This document shows positions 14,201 through 25,720 of a stretch of 64,000 bases of DNA, piece by piece. The number at the start of each line of letters is the position of its first letter. The stretch's first letter is position 1. Origin of the DNA: Paragordius varius (lineage: Eukaryota; Animalia; Nematomorpha); assembly GCA_964247055.1 (NCBI GenBank), contig OZ176055.1:8308001-8372000 (forward strand), read 5' to 3'. The translations under genes were made by a program, and so were the position numbers. Below the pieces are notes generated by a model, which did no database searches, was not told where the DNA came from, and worked only from the letters and a program-made list of their open reading frames with translations.

Positions 14201-17200
14201 TCACAATAAATTGAATAAGAGTGCAGATTCTTTATAAAGGCAAAATTAGCTTCTTCCCCCAAGAAATCCGAAGAACTTCCTCGGGCTGCGTACCAGCCCG
14301 AAATTTACGCTAGTAAATAATATTATTTAAAAGCAAAAGAAAAGTATACTTATGAAGGGACTAATTATAATAAATTTGAATTAAAATGTAGTGGCCTGAG
14401 AGAGGACAACACTTTATAGTTGACCGAAACGTCCAGTTTATTAATTTCTACTTTTATCTGGATAAAAGAAAATAATTTTCCCTGTAAATTTTGGCTTCTG
14501 AAAAATTTAAAAATATAAAACTAATGATGTTCATTATATAATATTTTACATAATAATATACCTGGTTCTAATTATTTTGAAAAGATCAATCCCTAAAAAA
14601 TTAAAGTATATTCTTCTAAAAGTGTTAATTATCTCATTTATATAATTATTATTCTTTGATATTTACTATATGGTATAAGCTAATATTTAAATTTAATTTT
14701 CCATAAAAAAACGCCTAGGTTAACGGTGAACTTGTTGAATGGAGAATCGGATAAGGATGATATAGCTTTTCACTTTAGTACCCGGTTTGATGATAATATC
14801 ATTGTCCGAAACGCTAAGTTTTCGGACCAGTGGGGCCCAGAGGAAAAAGAGGGCGGTGTACCTTTTGTCAAAGGTCACACCTTTGAAATGTTGATTATGC
14901 CCACCTCAAACCACTATAAGGTATTAGCATAAGTCATATATCCTTTATTTTATCCCCAAAAATTTATTTTTTTTCATTAAATGGGTATAAATATTTGTTA
15001 AAGAATGGAAAAAACAAAAGATATCTATGGTATTAACAATATCATATTCATCAAAAAAGTATAAGAATTACCATAAAGCTCTTGTTTTTTCCATTCTTTA
15101 CCAAATATTTTTACCCACATTTAACGAAAAAAAATAAATTTTTGATAAAATAAAGGATCCAGACTGTATATGTTAAGAATTTGAGAATTATTAAGTTGTA
15201 ATTTTTAAGTTGTTAGTTTATGGGATATGTTAGATGTAGAATCTTTTGTTCATTCTTGTTGCAAATTATTTTTCAATTTTAAAATTTCCTTTTTTTTATT
15301 TATATTCCGCTTTTAATCATACATATACCGCGATTAATTATCTATAAAAATTAAATACAAATGAGGCAATTAAATTTTTCTGATGACAAATTTTTATGTT
15401 TTAATTGTTTATGTGTGTAAATTGAATGGATTTTAAAACAATATGCCTCTATTACAATAATTTTTTATATAATTTTTATCTTAAGTGTCCACACAAACTA
15501 AAAGCAGCGATAAAAAACGGCTTTTATTATTGTTATAGTTATCATCTATTATATGGTTGTCCTTGTAAAAACGCATATATATACAGAAGCGTATAGTAAG
15601 ACACATCAAATGGTTGAAATTAAACATTTTTTCCTATGTTTTAACATTATTATTTTGTTTTAATTACACGGATAAACATTTTTCTATACTATACGCTACT
15701 GTTATTATAAAATATATATTTTTTATGTATTTAATATACAATTTGTATCGATTTATCTATTGCTAAAAAATTATAAAATTAATTTTTTATTTGAAAAGGT
15801 GGCTATCAATGGATTTTATTACACGCTTTTCAAGTATCGCAGTCCTCTGGATAAGGTTAGAAGGGTGCACATAGCCGGTGACGCATCTGTTCATTTAATC
15901 CGAATTTTGCGAACTAAATTTGTAAGTACTGCCCGCACCCTATGCCTATTCAATTGAAAAAAAAAATCTTTGATTTTTTTAAGAAATATTTTTTTATAGT
16001 TTTACCGACAATTTGATACTATAATAACTGGTTTTTTTTCAAGAAAAAATTTATGATAACAATAATAATTAACTCTAATAAAAATAAAGGTATGTGTAAA
16101 AATTTACTAGATAGAATTTAATGTTATAAAACAATTCAGTTCCTGAAGTTTTTTCGCACAAATAAAGAAAAAAAATCGTAAATGGTTCTACTATATTTTA
16201 GAGGGCTTCTGAAATCGACCGTGAAAATTGGATCATAGCTCCACCGTCTATCATAAATCCGGTATGTTTTTACTTAATTTTATGTTTATTAAATTATTAT
16301 TATTGTACACATTTTTTTGTTGTGCTTAGAAAGAGCCCTACATTGCACCCATTGGAATAGGGAAGCTGGTTGAAGGATCTACCATTTTTATCGAGGGATT
16401 TGCCCACAAAAATGCAAAGAGGTGTGCATATGATATATATAAATTATATAAGTTTGAAATGTTTTGATATCCAAATAAATGATTGAGTTTTTGACCGGTC
16501 AAAATATAGTAATCATCGGTTTTAAAATTCCTCCGAATTGTATTAATAGTGTAATGCGCAAAATATTTTAACCAACAAAGTTTGTTTTGTTCATAGGATA
16601 ATTTATTGGTTGGAGAATATATGTTATGTAGCTGCAAAATCCCATAAATTAAATTTTATATATGAGTTTGTTACATTTAATATAAGTTTCAATTCACTCT
16701 TAAACATTCAAATTAACCTTCGAACAATCAAAATTCATCCTGAAAATAGATTATGTGTTTTAAGATTAAAATTTACTATATATTTTTTTTTATTTTTTCA
16801 AAAAATTAAATTTTGTCTAAAAATAATATAATACTTAAAACTAATAAACTATGCCATATAAATATATATTAAGTATGAATTGTGAGGGCTCCGAAAACAC
16901 AAAAATTATTTTTAGGGTGAATTTTAATTGTTTAAGGATGAATATGTATTGTTCGAGGGTGAATTTGAATATATCGTAATCATATGATAAAAATATGTTT
17001 TGAAGGTTTTGCCTGGTTTTTCATAAAAGGTGAAACAGTTATTAAATCCTATATTACAGTAAAAACGCAATGATTGGATGTTTTGATTACACAGTATAAA
17101 TCCATCACTTTTTTATTTTTTACATTATAATAAATCGCTTTTTAATTTCTTTACATTAACGTATATAATTTATTATTTATTCTGGAATAGCATCAAATAA

Positions 17201-20200
17201 GTTAAAATATGAACAAATGTATCATTATTATAATAATTAGTAATAATATTTACGAAAATTTATTTTTATTTTTAAAGTATTGTGGTGAATTTGAAATCGG
17301 GGTATGAGAAAGACGATGACATACCATTCCATTATAATTTGCGATTTGGGGACAACACTATGGTCATTAACTCGTATGATAATAAGGCATGGGCCAAGGA
17401 GGAACGTCTAACTCACTTTCCATTTCAAAAGGGTCAAGCCTTTGAAATCATGTATTTGCTGCAGGGCGACCATTACAGAGTAATATCGACAAATTTTTAT
17501 GTAGGGCAAATTAATCTGTATACGTATATCATTTTTCAGTCAAATCAAAATTAGGCAAACGCACCATTTTTTCAAACAAACACAACCCTCCTACAAGCAA
17601 ACGCAACATTTTTTCATCCGAGCTCAACATTAGTGGTTTTTGCTTGAAAAAATGTTGCGTTGGATTGAAAAAATGTTGTGATTGCTTTGTTGCTTTTGTT
17701 AAAAAAATGTTGCTTTTGACTGAAAAATGGTATACAATACTATTCTATGAATAATTTTTGTAACTTAACACTGTGCGCAAAAAGGAGGGTCATTTTGATT
17801 TAACGAAAATTTTTTTTTATGAGATAGCTTATGACCAGTGAATTCATTTGCCGCAAAATTTATTATTTGTTGGCAACCTAGTTTTTAATCGAAATTAGGC
17901 AAAAAGGGAAAATTAAGGATAATTATGGAAAATTCAATAAATAATGATAAAATATTATGGTTTATTATCATTTTAAAATATATAAATAGCTTAAAATCAT
18001 TTAGTTAGGGTTTCTATAAAATTTCGGCTCAAAAGATGGCGTTTTTTTTAACACACTCACAAGACATATTTTTTTTTCTAAAACTTTATTTAAATAATGT
18101 TTTAATTATATACTAGCTAAACTTACTATTAAAATCTTAACATTCATATTTTATTCAGTAAAAAAATCTATAAAATAAAACCAAAATATATTGTTTTTTA
18201 TTTTTACATTTTTTATGTCATCTGGTTTGTATGTGTATAATTAATTTAATCTGTTTTATTTTGGAATCTTTATGAGTGCGAATTATAAAGGATATAATTT
18301 ATTCAAATTAGGATTTAAAGTTAGTGGAATATCAACCAACAATCCGTACAAATCCCAATACAAATATTTCTTAGTCATAACAGACTTGTTACAGGGATTT
18401 GTAAGGATTGTCGGATGATAACTTTTAAATCCTATTTTCCATAAATTACATACTTGATTCCCACTCATGTAAAAATCCAAAATAAAACAGTATAAACCTT
18501 TTATACACTCAACCCAGATGACTAAAAAATCCCCAAAAAAACAATATTTTTGGTTTAAGTTGATATATAAGTATTTTTACTGAATAAAATATGAATGTTA
18601 ATATTTACTAGTGAGTTTAGGTAGTAAATGATGAAAAAAATTTATTTTAATATAGTTTAATTAAATTTTTTTTGTTTTTTAAATGTGATAAAAGACGCCA
18701 TCTTTTGAGCTGAAATTATATGGAAACCCTAACCATATGATTTTAGGCTATTTATATATTTAAAATATCTCCTAAAATAATAATAAACCATAATATCTCA
18801 AATTTTATCATTATTATTTGAATTATCTTAATTTTCACTTTTTGTCCGATTTCGATTTTCTCTCAATATTTCAAAAACTAGGATGTCAACAAATAATAAT
18901 TTTTGCAGCAAATAAATTCACTGGTCATAGGCTATCTCATAAAAAAAAATTTTGTTAAAATATTTTTGCACAGTGTAATACTTGTTTATATATGGTAAAA
19001 ATAAACTCTTTATGTAAGTGTATCATAGGTTTCTTACAAATCACCCTTAAACATTTAAAATTTTAAACGTTCCGATTTTTCGTTCAAATTGACCCCTGTT
19101 AAATCTACCTTAAAAATATAGCTAAATTTCATAATGCGATAATACTGTTTGATTATAAATTTTTCTGTTTATTTAAGTTTGTTAACACTTCGATTCAAAT
19201 TGGGGTATCTAAATACCCCAGACTAAATTTAAATTAAAATTTTTAAAAAACTACTGAAGGAAACGGTCCCAATTTAAATTTATGCTTCTATCCTGATAAA
19301 TATTATATAAATATGCCAAAATATCTTGACAAAATTTTGTTTTGAAAAAAAAGTTCCATCTCAAACTACTTCGACGCCATTTTTATTTTAATTTTGCAAA
19401 ATGTCGTCTTTTTAATTTTAAGGGTAAAACTAAAGCTTATTTTTTATATAAATTACATCTAACATTGATAGAAATAGAAAAAGCGGTTTATTTTGTATTA
19501 TTTTTTAATTTAAAATTTGACACATGTCACGTTGACTATATTTTTACCTTTCAGTTTTAGCTCAAAATAAGTAATATCAAGAATTTTTGAATAAAATTTT
19601 TTATATATTTCGGTTTATTAATGTTATATAAGTGCAAAATTTTGCCATGGTTTCGATTGCTTCCATACTTTTTAAAGTATTTGATTTTAAACAGGCCTGG
19701 GGTATCCAACTACCCCAATTTGAATCGAAGGATTAAAATGAGTGTGTTGTATCCAAGTGTTAATAAAACATAAAAATGCCAAACAATTATTATTTTATTA
19801 GTTATTAAACCAGAAACTCATAATTAAATTTAATTTAAAATGTTTAGGAAGAAACGGGTGAAAAGGTGTAATTTAAAATGTTTAAGGGGGAATTTGAGGA
19901 GTAAATGGTAATAATATAATATATTGGATGTTATAGGTCTTTATCAACGGGAAGGCAGTGTTTGAATTTAGACATCGCATTAACCCCGAACGCGTTAATG
20001 TAATCGCCGTTGAAGGCGATTTGGATCTGTACAATGTTTGGGTTAGGCCTCCGGTAAATATAACTAATTCAAACTAAGTTTAAAATTAAATATTGTTATC
20101 TTTATAACATTTGTCAAATATTTAACTGGTATCATTATCAAAATATCTTTGAACCAACTTTTTATCTATCCACATGTATGTTTTTAATCTAGTCAGTCTG

Positions 20201-21916
20201 AATGTTTTCCCAACTAATCGAAACGTTTTTTCCAAATTTAAGCATTTTCCTAGCATTAGAAAAAAATAAAATATGTTTTGTTTGATTTTTTACCACTTAG
20301 ATTCCGAAGGATTTAATGGTTGGACATCAATCTTATCTGTATGATTGTGTCGGCTATAACACTAATTTCAAGGCCCCCGAAGAAGCTAAAATCCGTTGTG
20401 ACCAATTAGCAACGATAACGCCACCCGTGTTTAGCCCCTCAACCCCGTTTAGTTTGTACCTCCCTGGTGGTTTCATACCTAGTAATTTTATTTTTGGATA
20501 TTTTTAAATTCGTTTCTTATCTAGAAAATGGATAACGGGTTGGAAAACAATAAAAAACTCGGCAACAATTCAAGATAGGGTTAATTTTGAACAATTATAA
20601 ATATGATTAGGACCGTGGCCAATATAAATATAACCAATTAATTTTAAATATCTGTTCAATCGATGTAAAATAGATATTCATGGTATTAAACCAAATTTTA
20701 AACGTGTTCAATTTTTGCTATTCATTATAAATTAACCTAATGACTTCGTTTTTTTTGGTAACGCCCATGTGCATTATATAATCGTTCAACTGGTAGCGTC
20801 ATAAATTATAACTTTCTGATTAATTAGTATTTTCGTTTAAAATTTTGATTGTAGAGGAATATTTTTTTAAAAATATGTCATATGTTGGTCTGTATAATAT
20901 ATTTTTATAACTGCAGGTGTTTGGTTTTTAATCGCTTCTAAAAAAATTTATTTGGCTTAAATTTAAAGAGTTACTCATCCATATTTTAATTTTTATTATG
21001 ATTTCTATCATTGCTATCGTTATAGATCGCCTTATTGTCCTGTATGGGGATAGTACTTTGTTAGCCAAAAATTGGAGTCTAAACATACAAACTGAACGAG
21101 TTATGGAAGGTAAACCCTTACCTGACGTTGGTTTTCACATGAATGTCCGTTATGGAGACAAGTTGGTTGTTCGAAATAGCAGAGCGTCTGGAAAATGGTT
21201 AGCTGAAGAAAGTACAACACCCTACTTCCCGTTCGAGAAGAATCCGTTTGAATTGGTCGTTTTTTGCGGGGTTTATTTTCCTAAAAAAATATTTTATATT
21301 TTTGAGCTACAAAAAGGATGATATTGTCCCATCAAGGGTGTTATAAAGCTGTAGCGCATATATATGGTGTGGTTTGGTGGATATTTCGTAAGAATCAAAT
21401 CGCCATTTTCATGTAATTTTACGCATGTATTTGTAGATACTTCTTTCAAACATCATAGTATACGTAATATTATAATTTCTATCAGATATCGCTGGTAAGA
21501 AGTCTGCTGAAAAGTGTCGTGCCTATTTTAAATATAGTTATATTTGAGAGGAATAGGTTTTTGCAGAATCTGGCAATCAAAACATTCTTTTAAGCTTGTA
21601 AATATAGACAATGCCATAATTCAGGAGTTTTTTTATCCGCATAATTCTACATAAGTTACATACAAATCCATTCGTCGCTTTCACCATGACGTTAAATTGA
21701 AATATTTAGAACATATTACATATATTATATATATATCAATTTTAAGAAATAGTTTTTATTTAATATTTCATATGGGTTCACTAGGAGAAAACATACGTGA
21801 TCGCTGTAAATGGACAAATGTTTTGGGAGTTTAATCACCGTTTTGAACAACTTGAGATAATTGATACACTCGTAATCGAAGGGGACATAAAAATCAAACA
21901 TGTTTGCGTATGTTAA
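11295..21916 (+). CDS. Galectin with three tandem CRDs (~492 aa), 11 exons
   Basis: Exons: 11295-11330 (MTIEIKDSVVNP), 12213-12301, 14719-14920, 15799-15921, 16202-16261, 16330-16421, 17278-17479, 19937-20053, 20301-20481, 21026-21270, 21785-21916 (TAA). Total 1479 nt, in frame. Three galectin folds: CRD1 HFSTRF..VRN..WGPEEK; CRD2 HYNLRF..VIN..WAKEER; CRD3 HMNVRY..VRN..WLAEES. Each has a PY/PF..G N-terminal strand, a PF..(G)..FE segment and a V.(I/V)NG...F..R ending. No signal peptide, as typical for galectins. Confidence 0.9.
12771..14313 (+). mobile_element. Helitron-like element (copy 2) in galectin intron 2
   Basis: The 5' end A|TCTCTATATTTAAAAAAATGGAAAATGCTGG matches the 41550 copy. The family body runs to ~14040. 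A different 3' end follows: perfect hairpin TCGGGCTG-CGTAC-CAGCCCGA (14281-14301), then CTAG|T at 14310-14314. Confidence 0.65.
17550..17735. repeat. Small palindromic element with internal GCAACATTTTTTCA / TGAAAAAATGTTGC subrepeats
   Basis: Inverted arms with two to three tandem subunits each, directly visible immediately after galectin exon 7. Confidence 0.55.
17769..18975. mobile_element. ~1.2-kb foldback element with CACTG termini and 3-bp TAA target duplication (CMC/CACTA-like or PIF-like, non-autonomous)
   Basis: TAA|CACTGTGCGCAAAAA ... TTTTTGCACAGTG|TAA. The arms are inverted repeats over nearly the whole length, with the centre at ~18360-18395. A second copy lies at 31929-33071. Confidence 0.8.
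19186..19732. mobile_element. piggyBac-like MITE with TTAA target duplication (galectin intron 7)
   Basis: TTAA|CACTTCGATTCAAATTGGGGTATCTAAATACCCC ... GGGGTATCCAACTACCCCAATTTGAATCGAAGGA|TTAA. The interior is the reverse complement of 43065-43600. Confidence 0.8.
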
Positions 21917-22479
21917 TGCTGTGGGAAATATTTATTTTGCGAAATATTTTATGTTAATTTGCTTTGGCTTAAATATCTTTTATATAACTATTATCATATG
22001 CGCAATTGATATTATTTGTAAGCAAATTTTTTTTTATTAACAATAAAAATTTTTTTGGCCATTTAACTAATTTTTTATGTTTATAGAGAAATTTTGATTA
22101 GTTAAAAATTGGGCTATTTAAAACGCATTCAAACAAAACTGCTATATTTTTGTGTTATATTTTATTAATGGACCAATAAATTTAATATATAAATAATATT
22201 TTCGTTTATTAATTTGGAACCCCGGTTTGAGTCGAAATACTTTAAACCGAAAGCCGATCATACCTATTAAAAATTATTGTTATTATCAATTTTGGCGGTA
22301 GAAATAAGCCGAATAGAGGGTCAACTATTATATAGTTAACCAAAAAAAATATCTAAAAATGAACATTAGATTGCAAATCAATTATTATCATAAAAATAAT
22401 TTATACAAATATAGTAATAATTTTTACACTAATTTTAAATATGCCCAATATATTGGGAGTTTTAATTCAAATAATCTGA

Positions 22480-22800
22480 TTTTATTGATGTGATTTATAG
22501 ATGTTGTGGGTCCCAGTGCAGTAGTACTAAATTAATAATTCACTTAATATATGGGTGTTTGTTTGTAAATGTGTCCAGATCTTGTATAACATCAGAGCTT
22601 TTACGAAATATTACAGCTTGATGCCGACGGAAACCTAGAGAACAAAGAAATCTTAGGGTATTACGTGCTTAAAAAATTGGTAAAAGCCAATTATTCATTA
22701 AATCTGTCTGGGTTTGGAAATAAATTTTCACCGAATCAAATGGATTGGCGAAATCCCAAAATAAACTCTGGATAATTTCTGTAGGGCAAATGTAAGTTTT
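22480..22800 (-). pseudogene. Possible highly decayed non-LTR (CR1-like) reverse transcriptase fragment
   Basis: Minus strand gives SLFWDFANPFDSV (cf. YLDFSKAFDSV) and, further on, ALGPTTSINHINK (cf. SVLGPLLFIIYINDL). Many stops; the similarity is weak. Confidence 0.3.
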
Positions 22801-24596
22801 ATTCAGTAATGTTGCTAATCCTACTAAAAAGTCAAGAAAGTTATTATACTCAGGTAAAATTAACTTTAATTTTCACAAATTTATAAACAATAAAATCTTT
22901 AATCTGATCACTATATAATATCTCACGCTAAAATGCCAGTGTTTCAATTTTAGAAAAAAACACTTAAATCGAAACCCTTTATAACAGAAGTGTACAACAT
23001 GTCGGAGCTACTTGTGGATATAAGTTTAATTTTTAAGTAGCGATGTAAAATTCTTAAAAGTAATTCAAATTGATGAAAAAAATTTAAAATGTTTTTTATT
23101 ATTTTTCATCACATTCATTTTTATTTCCTTTACTATCTGAAAATCCTTAAAATACTTGCCACTGGTAAACCTTTTTTTGGTAATTATTTGGTGAAAGAGC
23201 CATATTTTGAAAACCACATTCCCATTTTTTATGTAGGAAAATCCATACTATTGGAGTAATAAATTGCCTACTCGAAAATACAGTATAATTTGAAATTATA
23301 CGAACAAAAGGTAAAAATATAAAGACAAATATTTTTTTCTAAAATACAACAATACTTTTATAAATCTTGATTTTTTTAAATATAACCCATTGTTTTAAAC
23401 GCCAAAGTATAGAATGGAGATGTATATTAGTAACAAATTAATTATAATTTTACAATTTTAATAGGATAAATTAAGGTTCTTTGCTGTATTTACAATAGTT
23501 TTTTAAAGATCTTGAGAGGTTAAAATTGATTTTTGAGATATTATATTTCGCGGGAGTTAATTTCTTAATTTATATCGATATAGTACAGTAAATTTATTTA
23601 AAGTCTGATATTAACTATAAGCATGTAAAAACAAGAAAATATAATCCGGATTGGGAAAAATATGGGCTTACACAAAATTTTAATAATAAACCCATCATGA
23701 TGAGTACGTTTCACGAATATTATACAAAAAGACACTCCAATACCGTTGAATATTAATGACTATAGAAATGAAAACAGTAAATTAGAATCACAAAAAAATT
23801 GTTACAATCTTCAACCAACAATTTCATTCACGCAAATTAATCCGATAGTAATGGCAAGTTACACTGTTGCAAATTTAATCGCCGAAAAAATAAAATTTTA
23901 TTCAGATGGTGTCCAGAAAATTAAGAATGTGTTTTACCCAATAAAATTAATTTAATAAATTGTATAGCTTTCACCAAGGAACCATTAAAGCTTTATTGAT
24001 AACAATGAGTTTTGGTTTAAAACAGCGGTGTCCAGCAAAAATGGCTTCGAAGGCTTCATTATAAACTCAAAACACGGACGGGCCGCATTCGAAATAAATG
24101 ACCATCATGAAAACTTTTATCAGATTTCAAACAAAAAACTGTAAAATGCAAACACAGTATTAGTATTTTTTATAATGGTCCCAACCGGATAGACTTTATC
24201 AGAAAATTTGTTTGAAAGATATCAATTTTATGATCCTGCAAATTATGAATTACTAAATTTTTATTAGGCCGCATATAATGTCTTGCCTGCGGACCTGTTG
24301 GTCATTTTAATTTAAAGAATATATATGCATTTAAACTTAAAATGGACGCACGCAGTATGCATATGCATTATGATAATAGTTGGAGTTCAGAAACAATGCC
24401 GTCTGTAATAAAAAATAATTTCTTATTCCACGCCAAATTTAATATTAAACGATGATAAACGAAGATTTTTTCTCTAAATTAGACATCGATTAAAAAGCAA
24501 TTAGGTTCTATTGTAAGAAAAAATTATTACCTTTTTGTGGTTTTTGAGGAACACAGATTCCTGATATACTGGCTATATTTATTCGAGAATAGGATA

Positions 24597-25720
24597 CCAG
24601 GTGTGATCAAATTACCGGTCTTTAAAAAAAATGTAATTTTGAAAGTATAAAAATTATTAATTTTATTTAAAATATGTTCATGGGCTTCTATACATTTTGT
24701 AATCTGTCAGGCAGGATATAAATGCCGCGCCAAATAAATCGATTTTCTTATATAGAAAACAATTCGTCAATCCATATTCCAACGTCTTCGTAATTATTGA
24801 AGTGCCTGCGAAGGTGTGCCCCATTGATGCAAAGTTGCATTATTCAGAGGCGTCCGGTCAAAAAAGTTCAGTGTATGCGGATTCATTTCTTAGGGATTTT
24901 AAGGTGTCAATGGTTTTGTTGTGTGAGACGAAACATTGCCTAACAAAATCACTTTGCTATGTTTTTTGGCTTATATTGTTTTTAGTTAATGCATAGTTAG
25001 CGATAGCGTTATGTATTAACAACACAGGAACTCAAAAGTTCATACCGCTTTGGTCCTAAAAAGCATGGTTTTGGCAAAAGATTTGGCATTGGTGTTGATG
25101 AATCGGCTTGGCAAATTTAAAGACCAAATAAAGCTATTTATGATCACCCATCCCAATTTTGAGCAAAAATGTTTTTTTTGTGACGTCGAACAGGATTTAC
25201 TAGCCCCCTGCGATTTTCGATTTGGCCTTAATTCAAATTGTGTAGAACCCATTTCGAGTTTATTGGTCTCTCCCTTGTAGACATATATTGATTGTTTTTT
25301 TTTAACTTTAACAATTAATGTTGAGTTTCTATTGGGTCATCATCCAATAACTTTTGCGTTTGATCGTCTTTGCAGTTGTAAGGTCTTACCTAAGCGCCCA
25401 CACTACATAAAATTATAACCTTTAATATTAGAAACCATGTTTTACATCTGTTAATCGATAGAGCGTGTGCACCATATGTTTCTACTATCAAACAAATTTT
25501 AAAGCCATTTTCTGATACAATGCGTGCCGCAAATGTCTTTTTCACAAAATTTGACATTACTAAATGTTAAACATAAGACGCTAATTTTTGGCTAAGCCAA
25601 ATTGTGTTTGTGGTTTAAAATAAACAAATGGGGTGTGTATCAATTTAATCGTCTGACTCTAAGCTGACGTTTTCTGTTAGTAAAACTTTGAAGAAGAATA
25701 AGTTATCAAGCAAAAATATT
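24597..25720 (-). mobile_element. Second decayed Mos1-like mariner transposon
   Basis: Minus-strand fragments: MSNFV, ETYGAHALSINRCKTWF, KWVLHNLN*GQIENR, DQSG, VILLGNVSSH (HDNAPSH), FASMGH, FNNYEDVGIWIDELF, FIWRGIYILPDR. The TIR TA|CCAGGTGTGATCAAATTACCGGTC at 24595-24620 resembles the Mos1 TIR start CCAGGTGT. The 5' untranslated region resembles 9970-10040. This explains ORFs 24802, 25040 and 25050. Confidence 0.85.

Noticed and set aside
21320-21700. Possible pogo/DDE transposase fragment (YPPNHT) on the minus strand in galectin intron 10
   Set aside because: Only a few residues match, with no downstream QPLD motif and no TIRs.
22700-22760. ENLFPNPDRF on the minus strand resembling a cytochrome P450 PERF-region motif
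   Set aside because: It is flanked by stops with no ExxR or FxxGxRxCxG motif nearby. Another frame fits a decayed RT slightly better.
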